The notes under the pieces are model-generated. The model was not told the DNA's origin. It ran no database searches and worked only from the letters and a program-made list of their open reading frames with translations. The position numbers were made by a program, and so were the translations under genes. From Hydrogenimonas sp. (lineage in GTDB: Bacteria > Campylobacterota > Campylobacteria > Campylobacterales > Hydrogenimonadaceae), in assembly GCA_015484905.1 (NCBI GenBank), contig WFUN01000072.1:1-63818 (forward strand): a stretch of 63,818 bases of DNA, written 5' to 3'. Shown here one piece after another: positions 1-9,886 of this stretch (positions are counted from its first letter, which is position 1; the number at the start of each line of letters is the position of its first letter).

Positions 1-728
1 TCGAATGCTTTTTTGAAAAAAGGGTCGTTGCTCACAAGAGAAAAGTCTCCTCTGTCGATAAAATCTTTTTTATCCAACATCACCGTCTTCATATCCTTTT
101 TTATGACCAAAGCATATTTCAAACCGATGACATCGGCGATCTTTCTTATAAAACCGGCTGGCTCTATACCAAGCTCGACAAGACCGAGATACTCATTTTT
201 GTAAAATATTGGAAGAACGATCCTGTAGGTCATTTTGAGCTTGCCGACTTCAAAGCCGTAATGTTTCGTTCTTTTACTGTTGGTATCTATTATAATTTCT
301 CTTTTTTTATTCAGGCTGTCACCATAAAACTGCGGTTTATGGACTCTTAAAAACGCAGATCCGTCTTCGAGCCTGAACGTCATTATCTTTACAAAAGGAT
401 TTATCTTCCTGATCTCGGCATAATGGGGCGCCACCAACTCATAAAGCCTCTCTCTGTCCTTTTTTCTAAACGCCTCTTTAATCTGCGGGTTTTGCAAAGT
501 ATGTTCCAAAAGCTTTTCCAAAACTTCCGTATCCTGCTTCAGTGTCCTCTCAAACAGGTTGTGAAGAATCTCATCTCTTCTTTCTATATCCTCATACAGC
601 CTCTTTTCGAAAATATTGTTGATATAAAAAAGAATCATAGCTACGACTATTATTATAAGAGTGAAGGTAACAAGCAAAGTTCGATGTTTTATCTTTTCGG
701 GCAGGTCCATATATTTATTTTTCTCCAT
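1..728 (-). CDS. Membrane sensor protein with Cache-like (dCache_3-type) periplasmic domain, N-terminal part only (runs off left edge); output domain not visible
   Basis: Not in ORF track. Manual translation gives MEKNKYMDLPEKIKHRTLLVTFTLIIIVVAMILFYI (TM helix)...FLRVHKPQFYGDSL...HYGFEVGK...YRIVLPIF..NEYLGLVELG, open to position 1. Start at 728 or 710. Confidence 0.7.
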   Translation of the reverse strand, partial: MEKNKYMDLPEKIKHRTLLVTFTLIIIVVAMILFYINNIFEKRLYEDIERRDEILHNLFERTLKQDTEVLEKLLEHTLQNPQIKEAFRKKDRERLYELVAPHYAEIRKINPFVKIMTFRLEDGSAFLRVHKPQFYGDSLNKKREIIIDTNSKRTKHYGFEVGKLKMTYRIVLPIFYKNEYLGLVELGIEPAGFIRKIADVIGLKYALVIKKDMKTVMLDKKDFIDRGDFSLVSNDPFFKKAF

Positions 729-903
729 CCATCTTTAAGCCCACAGCCAAATTTCAAAGCCGCAGTATACAGTTTGTTATAAACTTGATATATCTACTAT
801 ATCGGTATAAAAGATTATATATTTACAATTTTATTGATATTTTTTTTCGAAGCGCTCTTTTTATCGTTAAACGATAATTGAACTATTTTTTTGAAGTTTG
901 TTA

Positions 904-1560
904 TTATTTTTTCTGATTGTTGTCTGTTTGAATAGATCTAAGTGATGCTTTGGCTATGGCACTTATTTTGTCATACTCTTTTGCATCTACAAGTCTGCGC
1001 GGTGATATCCAGCTGCCGCCGACACACACCACATTTTCAAGAGATAGAAACTCTTTGGCGTTTTTGGCATCTATGCCTCCGGTAGGGCAGAATTTTACCG
1101 ATTGAAAAGGGCCGGCATATGATTTGAGCGCGCCGATTCCGCCGACATGCACGGCCGGATAGAGCTTAAAGCTGTCATATCCATATTTCAATCCCACCAT
1201 AATCTCCGAAGCCGTAGCGACTCCTGGCAACAGAGGAAAATCCATCTTTTTTGCAGCCTCCAAAAGAGAGGGAGTTGCTCCGGGGCTTACAGCGAACTTG
1301 GCACCTGCATCGATCACTCTTTTAAGATCTTCATCGCTCAATACGCTTCCTGCACCCACGACCGCCTCTTTTTCATGCATGGCTGTCAATCTGATAGCAT
1401 CGAGTGCCGAATCTGTTCGGAGTGTTATTTCAAGTATGCCGATTCCACCACTTATCAGAGCTCGGGCCAGATTGGGCGCTTCATCGGCTTCGCTGATCGA
1501 AACGACCGGTATGATGGGCGAAAGCCGTAGGATCTCCGTTAATGTGAGACCTTTCATCAT
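904..1560 (-). CDS. eda: KDPG/KHG aldolase
   Basis: LEITLRT, VGAGSV, FAVSPG, PGVATASE, KFCPTGG, CVGGSW motifs; ATGA overlap with edd. Confidence 0.95.
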   Translation of the reverse strand: MMKGLTLTEILRLSPIIPVVSISEADEAPNLARALISGGIGILEITLRTDSALDAIRLTAMHEKEAVVGAGSVLSDEDLKRVIDAGAKFAVSPGATPSLLEAAKKMDFPLLPGVATASEIMVGLKYGYDSFKLYPAVHVGGIGALKSYAGPFQSVKFCPTGGIDAKNAKEFLSLENVVCVGGSWISPRRLVDAKEYDKISAIAKASLRSIQTDNNQKK

Positions 1561-3398
1561 TGCTCCTCCTCTCCCGGCAATGCAAATGTGCAGGCACCCT
1601 CCGAAGCATCGTTTACACTCTTGCGCATAACTGAAAAAAGCTCCCTTCCCATTCCATATCTATGTAGAGCGAAATCGTGTTTTTCGGTATGTCGATTTTT
1701 TAAAACTTCATCCTCGACAAGCAGCGTCAATGTTCCGTTTTCACAATCCAATCGAATCATGTCGCCATTATGGATCTTTCCGATGACTCCACCCGCAGCC
1801 GCTTCCGGAGTCATATGTATGGCCGAAGGCACCTTTCCTGAAGCCCCTGACATTCGGCCATCGGTTACGATGGCTACCTTGTATCCGGCATCCTGAAGTG
1901 CTCCAAGTGGGCTCATTAGAGTGTGCAGCTCAGGCATTCCGTTGGCTTTTGGTCCCTGAAAACGTACTACTGCAATAAAATCTCTGTCCAATCTACCCTC
2001 CCTGAACGCCTGTTGCAGCTCTTCTTGCGATTCAAAAACCATAGCCGGTGCTTCGATATAACGATGTTGCGGCTTTAGTGCAGATGTTTTGATGACACTT
2101 TGGCCAATATTTCCATGCAGTACTCTTATTCCTCCTTCATGGTCAAAAGGAGAAGCGACACTTCCGATTACCTCTTTGTCAAGCGAACCTTGTGGACCAT
2201 CTTTGTAGATGAGTCTACCATCGCTCAAGAAAGGTTCTTTGAGATAATGTCTGAGCCCGAAACCGACAATGGTATGAACATCTTCATGCAGCAAACCCGC
2301 TTCAAGAAGCTCTCTTATAACTACACTCATACCGCCTGCCGCCTGAAAGTGGTTGATATCGGCAGGGCCGTTGGGGTACATTTTGCACAACAGAGGAACA
2401 ATCCGTGAGAGTGCATCGAAATCATCCCATGTAAGAACTATACCCGCCGCACGTGCCATAGCTATGAGATGTATGGTGTGGTTGGTAGAACCTCCTGTTG
2501 CAAGCAGTCCGACAATGGCATTTACAAAACTCTTCTCATTTAGTATTCTGCCTACGGGCATATAGGTTCCGTTCTGTTCGCAAAGTTTTAAAACCTGTCT
2601 CGCCGCCTCCTGTGTCAATACGTCTCTCAACTCTGTTTCGGCATTGACGAATGAAGAGCCGGGAAGATGCAAACCCATGATCTCCATGAGCATCTGGTTG
2701 CTGTTGGCTGTACCGTAGAAAGTACACGTTCCGGGACTGTGATAAGAAGCCGCTTCAGCCTTAAGCAAAACGGAACGATCGACTTTTCCTTTTGCATACT
2801 CCTGACGTATTCTCGCTTTTTCTGAATTGCTGATCCCGGAAGACATCGGGCCGGCTGGAACGAATATAGCCGGAAGATGCCCAAATTTCAAAGCTCCTAT
2901 AAGCAGGCCTGGAACAATTTTGTCACAACATCCAAGATAGAGGGCACCATCGAATACGTTGTGCGAAAGAGCTATGGCTGTGCTCATCGCAATCGTATCA
3001 CGACTGAAAAGACTCAACTCCATTCCGGGCTGAGACTGTGTAATTCCGTCACACATTGCCGGTACTCCCCCTGCAAACTGGGAAGTGGCCCCTTCGTCCA
3101 TTATGGCACGTTTGATTAACGGTGGAAAGGTTTTGTACGGTTCATGTGCGGAGAGCATATCGTTATAGGCAGAAACTATAGCTATGTTGGCACTTTGCAT
3201 CTTCGAAAGTCTCTCTTTTTCATGCAAAGAGGCTGATGCCATTGCGTGCGCCAGATTGCTGCAGCTGAGCCCTTCTCGTACAGTACCCTTGTGATGGGCC
3301 TCTCTTATACGCTCGATGTAGATATTTCGACTTTTTCTGCTACGATCGACAATCGATTCCGTAACGGCATTCAACATGGGCTCAATTGGTTTAGGCAT
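1557..3398 (-). CDS. edd: 6-phosphogluconate dehydratase
   Basis: LSCSNLAHA, YNDMLSAHEPY, GGVPAMCDG, GPKANGMPELH, TDGRMSGASGKVP. Confidence 0.96.
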   Translation of the reverse strand: MPKPIEPMLNAVTESIVDRSRKSRNIYIERIREAHHKGTVREGLSCSNLAHAMASASLHEKERLSKMQSANIAIVSAYNDMLSAHEPYKTFPPLIKRAIMDEGATSQFAGGVPAMCDGITQSQPGMELSLFSRDTIAMSTAIALSHNVFDGALYLGCCDKIVPGLLIGALKFGHLPAIFVPAGPMSSGISNSEKARIRQEYAKGKVDRSVLLKAEAASYHSPGTCTFYGTANSNQMLMEIMGLHLPGSSFVNAETELRDVLTQEAARQVLKLCEQNGTYMPVGRILNEKSFVNAIVGLLATGGSTNHTIHLIAMARAAGIVLTWDDFDALSRIVPLLCKMYPNGPADINHFQAAGGMSVVIRELLEAGLLHEDVHTIVGFGLRHYLKEPFLSDGRLIYKDGPQGSLDKEVIGSVASPFDHEGGIRVLHGNIGQSVIKTSALKPQHRYIEAPAMVFESQEELQQAFREGRLDRDFIAVVRFQGPKANGMPELHTLMSPLGALQDAGYKVAIVTDGRMSGASGKVPSAIHMTPEAAAGGVIGKIHNGDMIRLDCENGTLTLLVEDEVLKNRHTEKHDFALHRYGMGRELFSVMRKSVNDASEGACTFALPGEEEQ

Positions 3399-4086
3399 GG
3401 TAAACCTCCAGCGGCACTCTGTTTTGCCTCATAACAGCACGTATAGGCATATCATAAACACTCCCCTCCTTCTGCGCACGCCTAAAGAGACAGAGTTTCT
3501 CCTCTCCTTCGATATGCAGTATAAGATTACGCGTATTCAGCAAAAAAGGAAGAGTCAGTGTTACGCGCTCACAGGGAGGTTTTGTAGAACGAGCGGCGAT
3601 ACATCTGACACCGCTTTTCATATCGAGAGCTTTTTGAAGTTCCGGCATATGCGGAAAAAAAGAGGCGGTATGCCCATCGTTGCCCATCCCCAAAACAACC
3701 ACCGTATGTGGCGAAGCAAGAGCGTCGAGCCTCTTTTCGCATTCGACAACACCATCTTTGGCATGAGCGTGTCCTGTTTTCAATCCGATAAACCTGGCCC
3801 TTTGCACTCTGTTTCGCAAAAGGAACTTCTGCACCAGAAACTCATTGCTCTCATCGCTCGAAACATCGACCCATCGCTCATCGACAAGCGATATTGTGAC
3901 TTTTTCCCATGGAAGCGAAACGGATGAGAGTTTTTGAAAAAGTGCTTTTGGGGTGGTTCCACCTGAAACGATCAAAGAAGCGTAACCGTAACCCTTTATG
4001 GCACTCTCTATGTTTTCAGTAATTCGTCCAACAAGAGCTGAAAGCATACTCTCTTTATTTTCAAATGTGTAGAGTCTACTCTTCAT
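3391..4086 (-). CDS. pgl: 6-phosphogluconolactonase
   Basis: VSGGTTP, LVDERWV, LGMGNDGHTASFFP; start MKSRLY preferred over ORF-track 4104. Confidence 0.93.
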   Translation of the reverse strand: MKSRLYTFENKESMLSALVGRITENIESAIKGYGYASLIVSGGTTPKALFQKLSSVSLPWEKVTISLVDERWVDVSSDESNEFLVQKFLLRNRVQRARFIGLKTGHAHAKDGVVECEKRLDALASPHTVVVLGMGNDGHTASFFPHMPELQKALDMKSGVRCIAARSTKPPCERVTLTLPFLLNTRNLILHIEGEEKLCLFRRAQKEGSVYDMPIRAVMRQNRVPLEVYHA

Positions 4087-5542
4087 ACCAACTTCTACCA
4101 TCACGTTCGATCAGAGCTATAGAAGCGGTAGGCCCATCCGTTCCTGCCGGATAAGGTTTCGGTTTGATATTTTGTGTATCCCAGGCTTCGAGTATCTTAT
4201 CGACCCAGACCCATGCCGCTTCGACTTCGTCGCGACGCATAAAGAGTGTCGGATTGGAGCGGATCACATCGAGAAGAAGGCGCTCGTAAGCGTATGGGGT
4301 TCTGGGGCTGTTTTCGGGAATATTAAGTTCCAACTCCACAGGTCTAAGCCGCATTCTCGTTCCAAGCCCTGGAACCTTGTTCATTATTTTGAGTTTGATA
4401 CTCTCTTTGGGCTGAAGTCGTATAACCAGTTTGTTGTCGTCGATCGATCCCCCGTTTTTCGGGAAGATATAGTGCGGAACCTTTTTGAACTGAATCACTA
4501 TCACAGATTCGTTCGAGCGCATTCTTTTGCCTGTACGCAGGTAAAAAGGTACGTTGCTCCAGCGCCAGTTGTCTATATCTACCCTCAGGGCGACAAAGGT
4601 TTCAGTGGTGCTTTCAAAGTCTCCTCTCTCCTCTTGCAGATAGCCGGGTACGGGTACGGTGTTTATATTGCCTTCGGTATACTGGCCGCGTACAGTTTTT
4701 TGCATTATTTCATCAGGACCGATTGGGCGCAGTGAACGCAGCACTTTCAGTTTTTCGTCGCGCACGCTGTTGCCATCGAGACTGCATGGAGGCTCCATGG
4801 CGATTAGACAAAGTAGCTGCAGCAGATGATTTTGCACCATGTCGCGCATAGCTCCATATCTGTCATAGTAACTCCATCGTCCCTCCACTCCTACCGTTTC
4901 GGCCAATGTTATTTGGACATGATCTATACTTCCACTGCTCCAAAGCGGCATGAAAATTGCATTTGAAAACCGTAGAGCGAGAATGTTTTGTACCGTATCT
5001 TTTCCAAGATAATGGTCTATGCGATATATTGCAGATTCATCGAAAACGGCGGCTACTTCGTCGTTTATGCTTCTTGACGATTCAAGGTCGCGTCCAATAG
5101 GCTTTTCGAGTACGACTCGAGAAGCATCGTCAATCAGTCTCCAAGCCGCGAGTTCTTTGCATATTTTCCCATAAAGATCGGGCGAAGTTGAAAGATAGTA
5201 GATACGTTCATATCTCGGTTTGACTCTCAAAACTTCATATAGACGTGAATAATCCTCATGTTTCGTCATATCCATTTCAACACATTCGAGTAGAGCGGCG
5301 AAATCGACAAATTCCGATTCATCAAAAATTTCACTCCCTACATGGCGTATCAGCTTCTCTTTGATCAAAGAGATATGTTGTTCTTTGCTCATACTTCGTC
5401 TTGTGACGGTAACGATACGACTTTGACGATTGAGATATCCCTCTTTTGCAAGATGATATAAAGACGGCATCAACTTGCGCATGGCAAGGTCTCCGTGACC
5501 ACCGAAAATGACTATATCGCAAAGATTGTTTTTTTCATTCAT
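4076..5542 (-). CDS. zwf: Glucose-6-phosphate 1-dehydrogenase
   Basis: FGGHGDLAMRKL, RIDHYLGK, RDMVQNHLLQ, PFYLRTGKRM; ATG at 5542 (ORF track 5554). Confidence 0.96.
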   Translation of the reverse strand: MNEKNNLCDIVIFGGHGDLAMRKLMPSLYHLAKEGYLNRQSRIVTVTRRSMSKEQHISLIKEKLIRHVGSEIFDESEFVDFAALLECVEMDMTKHEDYSRLYEVLRVKPRYERIYYLSTSPDLYGKICKELAAWRLIDDASRVVLEKPIGRDLESSRSINDEVAAVFDESAIYRIDHYLGKDTVQNILALRFSNAIFMPLWSSGSIDHVQITLAETVGVEGRWSYYDRYGAMRDMVQNHLLQLLCLIAMEPPCSLDGNSVRDEKLKVLRSLRPIGPDEIMQKTVRGQYTEGNINTVPVPGYLQEERGDFESTTETFVALRVDIDNWRWSNVPFYLRTGKRMRSNESVIVIQFKKVPHYIFPKNGGSIDDNKLVIRLQPKESIKLKIMNKVPGLGTRMRLRPVELELNIPENSPRTPYAYERLLLDVIRSNPTLFMRRDEVEAAWVWVDKILEAWDTQNIKPKPYPAGTDGPTASIALIERDGRSWYEE

Positions 5543-5651
5543 CGATTGTCTCAAACTTTATATTGGACTTTTATTTCGCTTAAACAAGGCATTATGACAA
5601 AAAGCATTCCTGCCGCTTCTTTATGGATACTCTACCATAATCAGAGCAGGT

Positions 5652-6089
5652 TTAACTCTTTTGTATGAAATCTTTTATTATTTTGGGTAATTCAGCCTCT
5701 AAATCTTCCATTTCACCTTCTGAAATATGTCTTTTTATAACTCTGAAAACCCCACCTACCGCCTCTTTGGCCTCATTTTCATCGCCAAAATCATTCTCGG
5801 CACTCCTGGCATCCTCGTCCATCACCGCTTCTATGAGATCTTCAACGTTTCTGATGGATCTATCCGGAAACTGATTCAGTTTCCATCCATCGACGGCAAC
5901 CGCCTTGATGCACATAGGCAGCTGAGATATGAAATCGAGATACTCTTCGGGAGAGATTTTTCTTCTAAGCACTCTTAATGTAGACCTCAAAACTCTGCCT
6001 GCTCTTTTTATATCTTCCGGATGTCCGAGCTCTATTGCCACCTCTTTTAAAAACGCATTGCCAACTTGTGCATTTTTCTCAAAATTCAT
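5652..6089 (-). CDS. DUF2267-like protein
   Basis: FLKEVAIELG..A.R.LRSTL..LR...QLP...VF.VIKRHISEGEMED...LP pattern; GGAGG RBS before ATG 6089. Confidence 0.7.
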   Translation of the reverse strand: MNFEKNAQVGNAFLKEVAIELGHPEDIKRAGRVLRSTLRVLRRKISPEEYLDFISQLPMCIKAVAVDGWKLNQFPDRSIRNVEDLIEAVMDEDARSAENDFGDENEAKEAVGGVFRVIKRHISEGEMEDLEAELPKIIKDFIQKS

Positions 6090-6275
6090 AACACCCTCCT
6101 TTTCATAAATTATATCCCTGTTTCGATTGTACATCAAGTTTGTTAAATTTTCATAAAAATACATAAAAGCACACTCTATGACTCTGTTGATTTTATCGAT
6201 CTATCTTGATATACTCCGATTTTATTTCAAGATAAGAGATTTTTCGAAAAAACATGATCAACAAGGAGTTTGTGA

Positions 6276-7379
6276 ATGGGTCTTCCCGTAGGGATCGTCG
6301 GTCTGCCGAACGTTGGCAAATCGACAACATTCAATGCGCTTACAAAGGCGCAGAATGCCGAATCGGCAAACTATCCATTTTGTACCATCGAACCCAACAA
6401 AGCGGTGGTACCGGTACCGGATAACCGGCTTGAAAAGCTGGCGAAAATCGTAAATCCGGAACGTATTCAGCACAGTACAATAGATTTCGTAGATATTGCC
6501 GGACTTGTAAAAGGTGCCAGTAAAGGCGAGGGCCTGGGTAACCAGTTTTTAAGCAATATCCGTGAAACGGAGATGATTTTGCATATGGTGCGCTGTTTTG
6601 ACGATGGAAATATAACCCATGTCGAAGGCTCTATAGATCCGTTAAGAGATATAGAAATTATCGAAAGTGAGTTGATATTTGCAGATATTCAGCAGCTTGA
6701 AAGAAAGATCGAGCGTCTCGCCCGCCAGGCAAAAACCGGAGACAAGAAGATACGCGCACAACTTGAGATAGCACAGGAATTAATGAAGCACCTTGAAAAG
6801 ATAAAGCCGGTAAGCACTTTCGATAAAAGAGAGAGTGAAGATTTTCAAAGACTTGACAAAGAGCTGCGCTTTTTGAGCAACAAGCCGGTAATCTACGGAG
6901 CCAACGTTGATGAGACAGGGCTTCTTGAAGATAACGAATATGTTGAGGCAGTAAAAAGACATGCCCAAGAGGTAGGGGCGGACATTATAAAACTCTGTGC
7001 CAAAATCGAAGAGGAGCTGGTGCAGCTCGAAGAGGAAGAGGCGGTGGAGTTTCTCGAAGAGCTCGGTATCGAAGAGTCCGGTCTGGATAAAATAATCCGT
7101 ACGGCTTTCAGTAGACTCGGCCTTATAAGTTACTTTACAGCCGGTGTCAAGGAGGTGCGTGCCTGGACAATCCATAAAGGCTGGAAGGCCCCCAAAGCTG
7201 CAAGCGTCATTCACAACGACTTCGAAAAGGGTTTTATCAGGGCTGAAGTGATCGCATATGAGGATTTTATCGAATATGGGGGTGAACAGGGAGCCAAAGA
7301 GGCTGGCAAAATGCGCCTTGAAGGAAAAGATTACATAGTACGAGACGGTGACGTGATGCATTTTAGATTCAATGTCTGA
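6276..7379 (+). CDS. ychF: Ribosome-binding ATPase YchF
   Basis: [43 protein letters not shown]-terminal TGS domain ending FRFNV. Confidence 0.97.
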   Translation: MGLPVGIVGLPNVGKSTTFNALTKAQNAESANYPFCTIEPNKAVVPVPDNRLEKLAKIVNPERIQHSTIDFVDIAGLVKGASKGEGLGNQFLSNIRETEMILHMVRCFDDGNITHVEGSIDPLRDIEIIESELIFADIQQLERKIERLARQAKTGDKKIRAQLEIAQELMKHLEKIKPVSTFDKRESEDFQRLDKELRFLSNKPVIYGANVDETGLLEDNEYVEAVKRHAQEVGADIIKLCAKIEEELVQLEEEEAVEFLEELGIEESGLDKIIRTAFSRLGLISYFTAGVKEVRAWTIHKGWKAPKAASVIHNDFEKGFIRAEVIAYEDFIEYGGEQGAKEAGKMRLEGKDYIVRDGDVMHFRFNV

Positions 7380-7486
7380 TCCCGCGTCACTCTTCTGTCT
7401 TTTTTAAACTTTTATGATAAAGATCACAGACTCTGCAACCGGTATTCGATATAATCAGCATAAATATCAACATAAAGGAGCTGCAT

Positions 7487-8188
7487 ATGGCATTTAAACT
7501 GCATATAGAAGCCGAAGGCAGAAAAATAGGTTTTTACAAACTCAACCGTCTCGAAATAGAAGGTCTCGAGATAGATGCCGATACAGATTTCGATGAAGAA
7601 AATATCAAAGAGCTCTTCGAAAATATAAACGCCTATATCGAAAGCGGCGAACTGGACGAGTTGGAGAGCGCGCAGACCATTACGACGTTCGATCCTGAAA
7701 GTGCTACAATCACGCTCGATGCAGATGGAATCGAAGATGTAGATGTTTCTCTCGACGATATTACACTTGAAAATGTAAATTCCGATAAAAAACTCGAGAT
7801 TCTTGAAAAATCGAGGATTGGAGATATCTTCTTCGTTCGCTCCGAAGTGGGTGAAGCCTACTGGGACTTCAGTGGCGAAGGTGAACCCTCTTTCGAGATT
7901 CAAAACATCAGACTCGGATATCTCGATTGTACCGAATCTCACAGCCAATACGATATTCTCAGAGAGAGTTATTACGACTATCTTTGTGATCTCGTTTTGC
8001 CCGAAGAGGCATATTACAATGATGAAAAACTTGAACTCGACGAACATGTTTTAAGAACACAACATGTTTTCGGTGACCTCTATATAGTAAGGCAGGAACT
8101 GCCGGGACGAGAAAAGATTTTCCAAAAGGTGGTGTTGGAAGAGAAGATGAGGCTTGACGGCTTCGACGATACCGTAGAGCCTGTTTAA
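7487..8188 (+). CDS. Acidic hypothetical protein
   Basis: 233-aa ORF with AAGGAG RBS, very D/E rich, followed by a terminator-like hairpin; no family recognised. Confidence 0.75.
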   Translation: MAFKLHIEAEGRKIGFYKLNRLEIEGLEIDADTDFDEENIKELFENINAYIESGELDELESAQTITTFDPESATITLDADGIEDVDVSLDDITLENVNSDKKLEILEKSRIGDIFFVRSEVGEAYWDFSGEGEPSFEIQNIRLGYLDCTESHSQYDILRESYYDYLCDLVLPEEAYYNDEKLELDEHVLRTQHVFGDLYIVRQELPGREKIFQKVVLEEKMRLDGFDDTVEPV

Positions 8189-8191
8189 AAC

Positions 8192-8220
8192 GGATCTCCC
8201 CTGTATGGGGAGCCTTTTTT
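8192..8220 (+). terminator. Rho-independent terminator candidate between convergent genes
   Basis: CTCCCC-TGTAT-GGGGAG stem-loop followed by CC and a T run. Confidence 0.65.
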
Positions 8221-9580
8221 AGAGTTTGTAGTTGGCTATGATTCTGTACTGGTGAAGAATAGGAGTTTGCGAGATAGTTCCGTCAGCCGCCGCACCGGCA
8301 CCGTTTCTTACCCATATTCCTTTGAGCTCCACGGAAAGCGGGCCGCTTTTATATGCAAGCACAGCATTCAAATCGTTCTGAGTCTTTGCAAATCTGTCGT
8401 TATCGAACCATGCAGAGCTGAGTGTCACGCTGTAGCCGCTGAAGCCGAATGTACCGAAATCCTGCCTGTAAGCGATCTTTATACCATCCGTACCGCCAAT
8501 GTATGCCGAATCCGCTCCGAGTGCCTTTCCGTAGTTTGAAAGAAAGAGGTTGTTCGCCGTAATCATGTTGGTATAAAGAGGTGTTCCGTCCCAAGGCAGC
8601 ACCAGCGAATCGTGATAGCCGTCATCTTTCAAAACCTTCGAATATGCGGCGCTGAGAGCCATGCTTGTATAGTTTACCGTCAGCTTCGCGGCACCCGCAC
8701 GCGTCTTTATGGCTTTGCCGCCCGTTACAGAACCGGCCTTCGCCAGATTGTCGTCGGCATTGCCGACCGAATCTTGTATTATGGTCTGCAGAGCGAAGGC
8801 GTACGAGAGCTCGTCACTGTGCTTGTGGCGGTAGTTCCAGTCTGCATATATCGAATTCATGAAGTCGGGAGAGTAGTAGTCTATCACCTTTATCGCGTTT
8901 TTCTCCCCTTTCCAGGAGACGCATACCGGAGCCACCACACCGCTCTCGTTGCCGGTGATAGCTTTTGTATCGCCACCAAGAGCATGCTTTACGATATTTT
9001 CGAACTCTGAAGAGGTTCTTTGTTTGAATGCATCTATGTAGGCTACGCCGAGATTTACACCATTGTTGAATTTTATTCTTGCATGAGCACCCTTGACGGC
9101 GGAAGGAAGCAATCTTACAACTTTTGCATTGATTAGAGGCGTCTTTATAACCTTTCGCCCACCCCAGAAGTCGAAATTGCCACGCGCATAACTTATATAA
9201 GCCTCTCCAAGTATAGAAAAGCCTTTCTGTCCAATAACATCACCAGGAGCCTGGCCAGCTTTTACGGCATTGTCGCGTCCTATGATGGATGTATCGACAT
9301 TGTCCGGAAGAGCGAAAGGCTGTGTTGTCATAAAAGTAACTGTACCTTTCAGTTTCTTCCATTCACCGGTTGTATACGTAAGCTGTCCTCCGATGGAATT
9401 TGCAAAAGCGGTACTGTTTCCGCTACTCTTCTCTTTATGCGTATTAATATAGTAATATTTTATATTTCCCGAAATCTTGCCATTTTTAATAGCACCCCCC
9501 AATGCGCTCTGCGCATGTAAATTTGAGCAAAGCAGTGCAGCTGCGTATATCGAAACGGAAACAAATTTCCCATATTTCAT
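8219..9580 (-). CDS. Outer-membrane porin, OprD/major outer membrane protein-like
   Basis: Signal peptide; GKISGNIKYYYI, LGEAYISY, GRKVIKTPLI; C-terminal amphipathic strand QYRIIANYKL. Confidence 0.75.
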   Translation of the reverse strand: MKYGKFVSVSIYAAALLCSNLHAQSALGGAIKNGKISGNIKYYYINTHKEKSSGNSTAFANSIGGQLTYTTGEWKKLKGTVTFMTTQPFALPDNVDTSIIGRDNAVKAGQAPGDVIGQKGFSILGEAYISYARGNFDFWGGRKVIKTPLINAKVVRLLPSAVKGAHARIKFNNGVNLGVAYIDAFKQRTSSEFENIVKHALGGDTKAITGNESGVVAPVCVSWKGEKNAIKVIDYYSPDFMNSIYADWNYRHKHSDELSYAFALQTIIQDSVGNADDNLAKAGSVTGGKAIKTRAGAAKLTVNYTSMALSAAYSKVLKDDGYHDSLVLPWDGTPLYTNMITANNLFLSNYGKALGADSAYIGGTDGIKIAYRQDFGTFGFSGYSVTLSSAWFDNDRFAKTQNDLNAVLAYKSGPLSVELKGIWVRNGAGAAADGTISQTPILHQYRIIANYKL

Positions 9581-9886
9581 CTCTTCCCCTTAATATTTTA
9601 TTTTTAGTGTCGATTTTAGCATGTAAATTAGTCCATTTCAATCAGTCAGACACAATGTTTCTATAATTTTTTATGAACTGTTTCGATTTTTAACATAGTC
9701 ACGTACGATAATAAAAACTTAAGGAGTGTCGGTGAATTGTTTTAACTTTTTTTGTAATCCATTCTGCGATACTCCCTTACTTCAAAATTGAAAAAACGGT
9801 TTTTCACTATAAAGAGAGTCAAATTTCAAAAAGAGTGGTGGTTTTACACAATTTACGTTACGGAGTAAATAGATGCGGAAAAGAGA

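Noticed and set aside
8219-9580. Apparent GC shift within the porin gene suggesting mosaicism
   Set aside because: Visual impression only; it needs a sliding-window GC calculation and alignments.
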